This document shows positions 1-9,674 of a stretch of DNA of 56,158 bases, piece by piece; positions within the stretch are counted from its first letter, which is position 1; the number at the start of each line of letters is the position of its first letter. The notes beneath the pieces are model-generated. The model worked only from the letters and a program-made list of their open reading frames with translations. It ran no database searches and had not been told where the DNA came from. Made by a program: the position numbers and the translations under genes. Source of the DNA: a virus (lineage: Duplodnaviria > Caudoviricetes); IMG/VR virus record IMGVR_UViG_3300022902_001182, positions 1-56,158 of that record, one strand, 5' to 3'.

Positions 1-3000
1 ATTTGATGCGTTGGGCTTGAGAGGAAAGATGAGGGGATCAGCTATTCCGATAACGGTAGGAGTAGAATCTTCTGGATATGTGGTCGACAAATTCTCAAAA
101 ACAGCATTATAAGATACCCCGCCTAGAACCATGTCTAGGGTTGCTCCGGACATGGCTGCTGCAATTCCTCCGCCTTCCATAATGCCAACGTTTGCAAAAA
201 GCTGTGTACCATCTCTGGGGAAATCAAGAACTGGGCATTCCCACTTTGGCATGATGACCCATTTATTTTCATCAAACGGTTTTATTTTTCCGCCGACTTC
301 GGTAGGGAATAAGTTGTCAATGACAATGGATGCATCTATATCCATTCTGTTCTGCCAGGCACGATTCCACATATAATTTGGGGTAGCTGCACCATGGATC
401 GCCGCCGAAGAAGTAAGGGAGGAATAGGATCCTGATGCGAAGTCATAATATCTTCCGTCAGAGTTTAGGAACTCAATATAAATATCATCACTGTTTAGTA
501 TATTGGTTAGTGTAACCTCGCTGTCCTGCTGTGGCATATAGGTTATGCGGGCAAGGCTCGGACCATAATAATAAGGTGGTGTAAACGGGGCAAACTCTCC
601 GCGGTGCAGCGGCCAATCTTTTCCTTCTGGTACGGTACCCACAGAAGAGGTAGTCGCTGGTATTGTGGTCGTGCCGTTGGGGTACCAGTCGGCGGATCCG
701 GTAGCAGTAGGAGGACCAAAGGCATATGGGTTGCTATACATATTAAACTGGTCGGTTTTTCTCATACCGATTTCCATCATGTATGCCACTCCAGAATTAA
801 CTGATACGGTTCTTGGTTCCGTTGAACTCGCCGGCTGGTTACCTTCGGGGTTTGTATTAGGGCTCTTTCTTGGTAGCTCTGCTACAATTTTAGTCATATG
901 CCCGCCCTCTGGCTTCTCAGATAAGAAGAACGACGGGGTTGCTGCTAAAAAGTTTGATATAGCCGAGCGGTATAAAACATCCTTTATTGATCCGCTACTT
1001 AACACCGATGCCGACACAAACATCGCCATGTTGGAGTTGATATCGTTTGGCATCAGAGGTGACTTTAGATCGCTTATATCGTCTAGCGGCTTAAGCAAAG
1101 ATTCAAAGGGTATCCGGTCGGACCAAAAGAATCCGGCTCTTGCTTCAGCACTGAAATCAAAATCTGTCTCAGCACCAGTTTCGCGACGGCGACGAGAGCC
1201 GGGTATCTGGCCGGGCTCAATGCCTCCTCCTCCGACCATGCCGACTGTCCAAGAGCCTGTCAGTGTACCCTGTAACGGGTCATAGTCTGAGCCTGTGACA
1301 TTCCAGGGTAAAGTCTGTCCGGCACGGCGGACAGGATGGTCAACTGCTATGCCTGATTTAATAGAGTTGTAGAGTATACCCGGAGAATAATATGGATCCA
1401 GAATTGTTCTAAATCTCTCTGGTCGCGAGGCATGTCCAGTTTCTCCATCTCCGTCCGGACCACTGTAACTTACATAAGAAGAATATGATTGAGAAAATAA
1501 AGCTGCTATCTCTATAGTTCTGGTCTGGGGGTAGAATCCGTCATAAGGCAAAAGTTTAACTGCCGCTTCTGATGTCATCGTAAATTGTTTAGGTGCCTTG
1601 TTGAATTGGAGATCTTTTGTTTTGTACCCCATAAACGTGTCTAAATATTCTACAAAATCAGTGGTACTGTACCTGGTCATAAATTCTGGCTGTCCGGAGC
1701 TTGTCAGGTGATCAGACGCACCGGTCAAGGAGATTGTACCAGAGAAAGAAGCCAACATGTTAGAGCGATTGATATAACTTGTCATGTGCTCAGAAATTCT
1801 AAATTCTGGTATAATCGTATTTTCTTTAGAGATTAACCTTATATCCTCCACAAAACTCTCATAATTCTTATAGAAGGGAAATCTATTTTGTGTATAAATC
1901 GGTTCGCCCAAGGCAGGCTCAACGAGTTTTCTTTCTAATCCCGCTGTCCAATCTGGTCTAGTTGCGATACCGCCGGGGCGATACGGATCAATTTGTGTTG
2001 TGCCATCCGTAAGTCTTTTATGATTAGGAACTGAATATATGTATTGTGCCGCAACAATACTTGAGGTATTATAGTATGTTGACCCACTGTTAGCAATGGC
2101 CGCGGGAATTCCGCGTCCGTCTATAACATTACCGTAGTTACAACTCATCAGTTCGCCAGAAGCCATTTGTCCGGCGGCGGCTGGGTATAGATGAATATTT
2201 TCGCCCGCAGTAGTCCCGCCGCTGGCGAAGGCTGTGACAGTTAGCATTTCGTCTACTCTGTCGGCGTACATAAAGGTATCCATTGGCCAAATTGATCCGG
2301 TACCAGCGCCCGAAATGCCGGACAAATTGATGGTATCTTCAAATCTGTACCATGGTGTTTGCTCCTCGCTTCTTAGAGCATATCCTTGAGAAGTGGTAAA
2401 CTCTGTTTTTAGACGGGATTGTGTCTTTACATTAGTTTTTATAGTTGAGCCATCATATAAACTAGCAACGTTGCTAAGACTTGATACGGTGGTTGTGGGA
2501 CGGAGGTAATCGGGCTCCCAAGCAGTGAATTTGAATACCTGTCTGGTTCTAGTACCCGATAAAAATGTATGTATTTCTTTAGGATATATCTGCTCGGAAT
2601 ATACAAATCCCTTTATTTTATCTACACCGGTGATTGAGCGAGGCACCTCGGATAAGTAATGTCCCTTAATGACTTCATAAGGGGTCTTAATTTTCCCTGA
2701 GATATGCTTTTTACTACCCCCAAAAACTATGTTAAGACCCTTGTTGGCAAACGCTTGCATATCATTACCGTAAGAATATATTACGTCAACATCCATTTTC
2801 TGGTTATATTCCGTTATCTCCGGAGTACCGCGATATGTTCTAATTGTATGAATAAGCGGAGAGTATTTTGCAGTAACAGGAGGTTCTGTATATTCTTCAG
2901 AATATCTCTGCGTAATTATATTTCCAGCACGATCAGAATATGTCTTTTCCTTATTGTTAACCGAGATTCTCTTTGTATCGGTAGATAGATTACTATTAGT

Positions 3001-6000
3001 TGGCAATATGTGGATTCTGCCATGTTTTCTATCATGTACAGCGCGAGGTGCCGAACCTGCTCGTAGCTGGCTCACAGGTCCGAATCCGGTGGGTAACGAC
3101 CAGATATATTTTAAATCAGTGCCGGAGCCCGTTATAACTGACGAACCAAAAGAGATGGCACTAGATGGCAGGGAATTCGGCGATACAAGAACTCTCTCCG
3201 GGTACCTTGATCCAGACTGGATATATTGATCCATATTCAGAGATCCAGTAGTATCAGACCCTGATAACGATAAGAACCAGGAGAAGTTATCTGCCGATGG
3301 GACAGGTCTTGTTACGAACGCATTATCCTTCTGGGAACCTGTGATGAAGGATTCCCCAGACAATTTAATTCTTTTTGTCTGGTTCCTTTGAGTTTTGTGG
3401 AAGGGGCTAGCGAGGCCGTTGGCAGGAACCGACAGAATGTTTGGACCTTGGGCGTTGCTTGTAGCGGCAGCAAACGAAGCCGGAACGTTGCCGGCATTGA
3501 ATACCGTATTCAAAGATTCCGGTCCAAGATCCGGTAAATAAACAGAAGAGTTGATATCTGTAATGAACCCTCCCCACTCAGCCGGGGCGGCTAAGAAAGA
3601 TGTTATACCGGCACCTGCCATAAATCCAAAGTTCCCGGCACGCCGGATATTTATATTTCGGTACGGAAGTGCATTATTTGGAGATAGTTGATCTGATGCT
3701 GGATCTCGGAATAACTGTGAAGAGTCTTGATAGCTGCCGGGAGAGGAGAACCGTTGAGCTATAACAGATTTGTTTGTTCTTGCAGAGCCGGTTTGGCGTG
3801 AAGAAAGATAATCCGTGGACCCAGTCATACCTAGGGCACGGCTGGACGGGCTCGTTACAAAAGAGGACACTATCCCGCCACTATAGTAGTTTGAGTTATT
3901 GTGGACAAAATCTGTGTTGATTGTACGGCGGTCACTTGTCTGGACAATCTCATAGGTATTCTTATAGTTGCCGATTACACTAACGCCGGCGGTCGGAGAT
4001 ATAGATCCAGTAGTTGTTCTTATATTTCTAATGTTTGCCGGCGAAGTGACCGTCATCCCACGAGTAAGGTGACCCGCTGAAATGTTTCCTGGTCCAACAG
4101 AAACTATAGAGCCTGTTCCCGAAGAGATGCTTAGATTGAATATTTCGCTTCTGTCTACTTGAGCTAGCGGCGGATTGTGCCGGGCGTGAACTCCACCAAC
4201 GTGCTGAAAGCCAAAGGGTCCCTGCAGGGAGATTTGTCGCGGATGATAGTTTGTAAAGTCCACGCCTACAACGCCAGCATTTTCCAGGGTTGCTCGGTAA
4301 CCTGTGTTTACGCTGGAGCTATATGCCCGGAAAGGTGCTAATATGTTTGAGGTGTAGTTGACGCCGTCCTTGATTACCCTAAACCTAATGGGTCGGCGGA
4401 TGTTCGGGTTTAGCGTTTCCAATGATTGTGGAAGGGGTTCAAACCGATCAAAAACAATATCTCTTTCGGCAGGAGCCTGGCTTCGTCTTTGCTCAAATCT
4501 TTCCTCTTGTGGATCTTGTCCGATGAGGAACTCAGCAGTAACATAAACTCTTTGACTGCTCGTAAACTCAGACTGTAGCGCTGCGAGTATACCAGTTCGG
4601 TCAGAGTTTATACCTGTCCCCGACTGTGATAGCTGTGATATAGTTCTCTCGGCTCTCGTTTTCCACCAAAACCCATTTTCGGCTTCGTCAAGGGGGATTG
4701 GAGCGTGGGCATATTGCCAGCCTCTTGTGTTCCTGTTGTTTGATTGCCCTAAAGATTGTACAATCCCGTCACCCATAGGCAAAGGATAGTTGATCATTTT
4801 TTTGTTACCCAAAAAGTGATACTGGTATTTTGGTCTCTCTAGGATATGACTTTCAATGACAGTTCTTATATCTTCGGTATGCCGGGCTGATGCCGGGAAA
4901 AGCTGTTGAACCATTTGACCTATGGACGAATCAATCCACTTATAATATTTTACGTATTTTTCTAGATCTGGTGTATTTTCTACTTTCCGAAAAAAGATTT
5001 CTCTAAGCTTTTCCATGGATTTATAGGTAAGTCTATATTTGTTGACTGGCTCACCAATCAGATTATTCATATCATCTATAGAAGCGAACAGTTGAAGTAT
5101 TCTATTTGAGACGCTCCGATACATGCTTTTTTCAAGAGCAAAGAAATAGTTTGCTGGGCGGCGGTTAGGGGCGAATATTTCTACATCATGATCCAAAACC
5201 TGTATCATATCGCTGCTAGCAACATACTCGGGTGCCTGGGTCTTATTAGTTTCTACATATTCCTTTTGTACGGGCTGTGAGTTTGCCTTAAAGAAGTTAC
5301 CCATGCCTGTATGTTGGCGCAGGTTTATAGAGCTTAAGGCGCTGCCCTGGTACATACTGGCATATCCGTTGGCAGCAGAGCCCGAAGAATAATCTTCTAC
5401 CGAGAATTTACCCAGGGTGTCACTTCCGGTTACTGTTACAAAGTCCCAGTTGAGGGCTAGCGTTTCTATTTCTGGAATATAATTTACATTTGATCCCGTC
5501 TGAAAGCCAAAAGTATTCCTGAATGGGTTTTTACGTCCGAAGTTATCAACATCTTTAGAGTGATTGTCTACGGTCCCCGTTGGAATATAATCTGTCCAAT
5601 ATAGTAAACTTGAAGCTCGTACATCGCTGTAGTTCGTGACGGTACCAGTTACATTATTTCTGTGTGCTCCCAAGAACATCCGTTTGCTACTGGCGACTAT
5701 AGCAGAACCGCTAGTAGCGCCAATAGATGAAGTAACACAGAAACTATTTCTTTTGATCCCCGTATCGTAACTTACACCATATAGTTCTAAAATATATTTG
5801 TCGGTCGGTGAGTCAATTTCTGTGCCGAAGACACCATCAGCAAAATTGTATTTCTCTGGACGCACAGAAAGAGCGAAATTCCATTTCCTATTTTCGTAGA
5901 CATTCTGGAAGATAGAGCTACTAACCACGAGGGTTCCGGCACGGTCATAAACTGCGAAATAGGCGTCTTTGACAGCATGTCCGGGGCTTGTAATCTCCGC

Positions 6001-8196
6001 ATATTCAGATGGCGACTTAACCGCAGCTACTCTCAGTCCATGGTCACTTCCATAATTAGCCCAAGCAGTCTCGGTAGATGTCTGGTCGGTGATGGCAGGA
6101 GTATTGAATCCGAATAAACTAACGTCAGTAACCGCTATAGGCTCATATGAAAGCCGAGCAATACCTGAGCGATCCGGGAATATAACTTCGGCTTCAGCAG
6201 TAAACGCATGTGGCGCTAGTGTATTGCTTCCTTTTATAAGTCCGGCAGAGTTAGGATTATCGGAATTATAATGTTGGTAGATTGATCCAAACGAATCCTG
6301 TCTATTTCTAAGTCCTGAGAAGTCTGCATACTTTTTGTGCGAGACTGCCATTTTATATTCAGTATCTAAGTTATAATCTTGATTGTCCGCATATATGTTT
6401 AGCGATACCACCTCATCGTCAATCCCGAAACATCTTATTGTGTTTCTTATTGATTTTTCATTACCTTTGGATTTCAGAATATACGTGAGATTATTATATA
6501 TGTTCTTGTAGATTGAGTTTTTAATGTCCGGTAGTGACTGATCAAAATCTATCTTATCTGATTTTTGTAGATACTTCTCAATGAGAGTAGCGTTCTCAAA
6601 TAATTCTGGTGCGTCAAAACCAACAGCTTCCAATATCCTATCGTTGTGTGGGAAATGGCTTATGCTGCCGGTAGCGCTACCGCTGATATACTCATTGTTT
6701 CTTACCTTTGTAAGAGCCCCGATTTGAGCGTGCAAAGTATCAAAGTAGCTAGCAATAACTTGAGTAACATTTTGCAACTCGTTCTCAGAATCTTTATCTT
6801 CCTCTATTATCCAGGTTGGGATCATATCGGTTATCTTAGAGGAGTTAAACCGATCATACTCTATACCAAGATTGACAAGGTTGCTTCTGTCATTTATTAG
6901 TATGGCGCTTTCATTCCGAATAATCGGGTCGCCGGCTTCTCGGAATGTCAATACAGAGGAAGATACGCTTATTTCGTTTATTGCCGATCCTGTATTCCTA
7001 GATTCTGGCACATAGTTTACAATTTGACCATTAGATATTCTTCCAGAATAATCAAGTACTATATTATCAACGGCGTTATTCTCGGTGATCCCCTCGTTAA
7101 AGCGGTAATATATTCCGAGATCAACATTCGCTATATATTTATCTGAGCCACCGTATACTCTTCCGTACCAGTTTTTTCCAACATCTTCTGATGAGCGGGT
7201 AGATTTCCAATAACGGAACTCATCAATAGAGCCAGAAAGTTTTCCCCAACCAAGCATGCTCGCATCTGAAGAATCTGCTGTCCCAGAAGTAGCTGTGCGT
7301 AAAGCACCAATATTGCTTGTAAGTGATCCCTCAACAATGTTTATATCGCTATTTTGAGTTATCTGTGGACCCACGCAAGTTCCAGATTGATATAGATCAA
7401 TCTTTGTAGTAGTACCGTTGGTGTCAACCGATAAAGAGAACTGGTTCCACTGTGAAGACCCTAAGTCTAATCCGCCAGTTGTCGGAACTGGGATTTCATA
7501 AAACCCGGTGGAGCCCGACTGGACCGTTAGAAAGAATCTATCCTGTTCTTCAGAACTTAGTGCAAGAGTAAATCTGCCGTAGTCATGTGAAGAAGACAAA
7601 TTCCCGTTCCACACATCAAATATAACTTCTCGGGATGAAGTGACCTGTGAAACTGCCCAATCCTTTTTGACAAAGAACTCAACAGTTGAACCAGAGACGC
7701 CACCAAACGATAAGTTATTTGTTCTATTATCAGAAGTAGAATAAATTGTTCCGATTTGTGGGCCACCCTTGGTTTGGATATATTCTACAGAAGAGGAGTA
7801 ATATCCTGAAGAGTGGCTTATTGGTGTTCCGTATGAAGTCCCGAGTGTGACATACCCTGTTGACTTAGGATATTTTTCATCTAAGATGTACTTTTCTAAC
7901 GGGTTCAGATCATTGTAGAACTTAGTTTGTTCTAATGAAGATCCATCATATGGATAGCTTCCGGATATATGATCAAATGATAAAGAGTAATATTTCTCTG
8001 CTGACCCATACTTTACGAACTCAGCGGGGTCTGCATAATTTAGCGGGGGTATAAATGCCCGGTCTCTTTTAATGCTCTCACTAAGATGAGCGGCGGATTC
8101 TATTCCTTCGCCAGTAGCATCAGCAGCCGTCTTTTTGAGATATTTGTTGACGGTGGTTGCTTGTCTGCTCTTTTCAAATAATCCTTTTATACTCAT
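1..8196 (-). CDS. Very large virion/baseplate protein (>=2732 aa, C-terminus beyond the window); LamG/concanavalin-like domain plus baseplate wedge (T4 gp7-like) segment
   Basis: ATG at 8196 overlaps the upstream TGA (ATGA). My translation begins MSIKGLFEKSRQATTVNKYLKK. In-frame segments include LSGSIDEFRYWKS (~7200-7240, LamG-like), IYKNIYNNLTYILKSKGNEKSIRNTIRCFG (~6420-6520) and WVIMPKWECPVLDF (~220-262). The ORF track shows no closed ORF from this start, consistent with no stop inside the window. It follows the gp25/gp6-like genes. Confidence 0.8.
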   Translation of the reverse strand, partial: MSIKGLFEKSRQATTVNKYLKKTAADATGEGIESAAHLSESIKRDRAFIPPLNYADPAEFVKYGSAEKYYSLSFDHISGSYPYDGSSLEQTKFYNDLNPLEKYILDEKYPKSTGYVTLGTSYGTPISHSSGYYSSSVEYIQTKGGPQIGTIYSTSDNRTNNLSFGGVSGSTVEFFVKKDWAVSQVTSSREVIFDVWNGNLSSSHDYGRFTLALSSEEQDRFFLTVQSGSTGFYEIPVPTTGGLDLGSSQWNQFSLSVDTNGTTTKIDLYQSGTCVGPQITQNSDINIVEGSLTSNIGALRTATSGTADSSDASMLGWGKLSGSIDEFRYWKSTRSSEDVGKNWYGRVYGGSDKYIANVDLGIYYRFNEGITENNAVDNIVLDYSGRISNGQIVNYVPESRNTGSAINEISVSSSVLTFREAGDPIIRNESAILINDRSNLVNLGIEYDRFNSSKITDMIPTWIIEEDKDSENELQNVTQVIASYFDTLHAQIGALTKVRNNEYISGSATGSISHFPHNDRILEAVGFDAPELFENATLIEKYLQKSDKIDFDQSLPDIKNSIYKNIYNNLTYILKSKGNEKSIRNTIRCFGIDDEVVSLNIYADNQDYNLDTEYKMAVSHKKYADFSGLRNRQDSFGSIYQHYNSDNPNSAGLIKGSNTLAPHAFTAEAEVIFPDRSGIARLSYEPIAVTDVSLFGFNTPAITDQTSTETAWANYGSDHGLRVAAVKSPSEYAEITSPGHAVKDAYFAVYDRAGTLVVSSSIFQNVYENRKWNFALSVRPEKYNFADGVFGTEIDSPTDKYILELYGVSYDTGIKRNSFCVTSSIGATSGSAIVASSKRMFLGAHRNNVTGTVTNYSDVRASSLLYWTDYIPTGTVDNHSKDVDNFGRKNPFRNTFGFQTGSNVNYIPEIETLALNWDFVTVTGSDTLGKFSVEDYSSGSAANGYASMYQGSALSSINLRQHTGMGNFFKANSQPVQKEYVETNKTQAPEYVASSDMIQVLDHDVEIFAPNRRPANYFFALEKSMYRSVSNRILQLFASIDDMNNLIGEPVNKYRLTYKSMEKLREIFFRKVENTPDLEKYVKYYKWIDSSIGQMVQQLFPASARHTEDIRTVIESHILERPKYQYHFLGNKKMINYPLPMGDGIVQSLGQSNNRNTRGWQYAHAPIPLDEAENGFWWKTRAERTISQLSQSGTGINSDRTGILAALQSEFTSSQRVYVTAEFLIGQDPQEERFEQRRSQAPAERDIVFDRFEPLPQSLETLNPNIRRPIRFRVIKDGVNYTSNILAPFRAYSSSVNTGYRATLENAGVVGVDFTNYHPRQISLQGPFGFQHVGGVHARHNPPLAQVDRSEIFNLSISSGTGSIVSVGPGNISAGHLTRGMTVTSPANIRNIRTTTGSISPTAGVSVIGNYKNTYEIVQTSDRRTINTDFVHNNSNYYSGGIVSSFVTSPSSRALGMTGSTDYLSSRQTGSARTNKSVIAQRFSSPGSYQDSSQLFRDPASDQLSPNNALPYRNINIRRAGNFGFMAGAGITSFLAAPAEWGGFITDINSSVYLPDLGPESLNTVFNAGNVPASFAAATSNAQGPNILSVPANGLASPFHKTQRNQTKRIKLSGESFITGSQKDNAFVTRPVPSADNFSWFLSLSGSDTTGSLNMDQYIQSGSRYPERVLVSPNSLPSSAISFGSSVITGSGTDLKYIWSLPTGFGPVSQLRAGSAPRAVHDRKHGRIHILPTNSNLSTDTKRISVNNKEKTYSDRAGNIITQRYSEEYTEPPVTAKYSPLIHTIRTYRGTPEITEYNQKMDVDVIYSYGNDMQAFANKGLNIVFGGSKKHISGKIKTPYEVIKGHYLSEVPRSITGVDKIKGFVYSEQIYPKEIHTFLSGTRTRQVFKFTAWEPDYLRPTTTVSSLSNVASLYDGSTIKTNVKTQSRLKTEFTTSQGYALRSEEQTPWYRFEDTINLSGISGAGTGSIWPMDTFMYADRVDEMLTVTAFASGGTTAGENIHLYPAAAGQMASGELMSCNYGNVIDGRGIPAAIANSGSTYYNTSSIVAAQYIYSVPNHKRLTDGTTQIDPYRPGGIATRPDWTAGLERKLVEPALGEPIYTQNRFPFYKNYESFVEDIRLISKENTIIPEFRISEHMTSYINRSNMLASFSGTISLTGASDHLTSSGQPEFMTRYSTTDFVEYLDTFMGYKTKDLQFNKAPKQFTMTSEAAVKLLPYDGFYPQTRTIEIAALFSQSYSSYVSYSGPDGDGETGHASRPERFRTILDPYYSPGILYNSIKSGIAVDHPVRRAGQTLPWNVTGSDYDPLQGTLTGSWTVGMVGGGGIEPGQIPGSRRRRETGAETDFDFSAEARAGFFWSDRIPFESLLKPLDDISDLKSPLMPNDINSNMAMFVSASVLSSGSIKDVLYRSAISNFLAATPSFFLSEKPEGGHMTKIVAELPRKSPNTNPEGNQPASSTEPRTVSVNSGVAYMMEIGMRKTDQFNMYSNPYAFGPPTATGSADWYPNGTTTIPATTSSVGTVPEGKDWPLHRGEFAPFTPPYYYGPSLARITYMPQQDSEVTLTNILNSDDIYIEFLNSDGRYYDFASGSYSSLTSSAAIHGAATPNYMWNRAWQNRMDIDASIVIDNLFPTEVGGKIKPFDENKWVIMPKWECPVLDFPRDGTQLFANVGIMEGGGIAAAMSGATLDMVLGGVSYNAVFENLSTTYPEDSTPTVIGIADPLIFPLKPNASN

Positions 8197-9674
8197 GCCT
8201 TGTCTTCTTCTACCCTAAATTTGAATACTTCAGGTTGTTGGCGGTAGGACCCCTGCAAATAATAGCAAAATTGGAGATTATAAGAATAGCCCGACTCAAA
8301 GTTGGAGGTGTCAAGTTCAAAATAGTTACCGCTAACATCATATGAAAGCTGTGTGTAATTGTAGCTGCCTGTACCAAACGGTAATATTTCCATATCATCT
8401 ACCGTTCTAGAAACTCTATAATAAGCGGATTCAATTACCTCTGGTTTTATTTCAGAAGTTGCAACGGTATGAATGCTTGGCTGCCAATTCTTTTTGCGGG
8501 CGAATACACGAAGTCTTGGGGTTTGACCCTGCAAATAAGAACTATTCAAATTTGTAACATCGGTGATATATTCGTCTTCATACAAGAGAGATTTAGCGTT
8601 GATAGATTTTGGCAGGATTGACCCCGTATAATATTGTACCGATCCCGAATGCCACACGTCATATATCTCTGTAAGTGTGCTTGTTGACGCGAAGGAAGCA
8701 CTGTATATGCCGGTTATGTTACTGCCGTTTTCTATAAGAAGTCCGCCGGTAATATTTGTGACGGTTTCTCCAGAAGAATTTATTATTTCAAGCGAGGCCC
8801 CATCAGGAGCGCCGGAGCTTCCGCTGTATAAGCTTATCAACACGTTCTGTGCGGTGCCGGCTAATCCAGGAATATCCTTAAGTTGACCGCGAATATTATT
8901 ATATAGATAAACAGTGTTTATGTTGTCCGTCGCTGGTGCTAAACTACTAGACTGTACAAAGGTTGCACGGTTATCTTTTCTTGCAGAATCCCAACGAGCC
9001 TCTATTATGGGTCGCTTAAAGAAGTACTCGCTGGTTCTGCCAAAAAATCTCTTTGTGTAATATGATCCTTCGGCTCCAGAAACAACTTCATCGTCCATTC
9101 TAAACAGAAAACCATAGTTACTAAGCTCGCCGGAGCGCCAGCGGTCCATGGCAAAACTTCCAATATCTAATTCCATATCTTCAATGCCGCCAGAAAAGTG
9201 AAAGCTAGAAGAATATCCGGCCGCTGTCTGGTAATCGCTTCCCGTATTTGACCAAGCAGTAGTGGCTGTCGCATATTCCCAGTTTGATGAACCTGCATCA
9301 GAATAGTTTTCCATATCCAAACCAGAACCCTCTGACCAGTCTTTTGACGGCAGGAATACTCCGAGGCTAAAGCTCAAAGGAGTTGTATTCCCATGGGGAG
9401 CGTTATACATTTTTAGTTTATATTCTACACTAGATGACGGAATGATTCCGTTGGAGATATCATCCAAAATATTTTGGACATTGAACTGTAGCAAAACTCT
9501 AGACTGCTCCGCATTTTGAGCGCTAACGGATGCTGATGTTTGACCATGGATCACAAAGGTTTCTAATATATCTGAAGCGCCCATGTTTGAGCCGGTGCCT
9601 CGTGTAGACAAATCACTTTTAAATGCGTTTGTGATTGTGTTGTCTTTTTCTGCAAAATATCTCTTTATTGCCAT
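8193..9674 (-). CDS. Virion structural protein (baseplate-associated, DNRLRE-like beta-rich)
   Basis: 493-aa Ser/Thr/Gly-rich ORF abutting the gp6-like gene and coupled to the giant ORF; KDNTI...SRVLLQF...NYGFL...RPIIEARWD pattern. Confidence 0.6.
   Translation of the reverse strand: MAIKRYFAEKDNTITNAFKSDLSTRGTGSNMGASDILETFVIHGQTSASVSAQNAEQSRVLLQFNVQNILDDISNGIIPSSSVEYKLKMYNAPHGNTTPLSFSLGVFLPSKDWSEGSGLDMENYSDAGSSNWEYATATTAWSNTGSDYQTAAGYSSSFHFSGGIEDMELDIGSFAMDRWRSGELSNYGFLFRMDDEVVSGAEGSYYTKRFFGRTSEYFFKRPIIEARWDSARKDNRATFVQSSSLAPATDNINTVYLYNNIRGQLKDIPGLAGTAQNVLISLYSGSSGAPDGASLEIINSSGETVTNITGGLLIENGSNITGIYSASFASTSTLTEIYDVWHSGSVQYYTGSILPKSINAKSLLYEDEYITDVTNLNSSYLQGQTPRLRVFARKKNWQPSIHTVATSEIKPEVIESAYYRVSRTVDDMEILPFGTGSYNYTQLSYDVSGNYFELDTSNFESGYSYNLQFCYYLQGSYRQQPEVFKFRVEEDKA

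Noticed and set aside
131-8345. Numerous small ORFs on both strands in the track (e.g. 665-1285 +)
   Set aside because: They are shadows of, or out-of-frame overlaps with, the giant minus-strand ORF 8196->1; no motifs or SD support.
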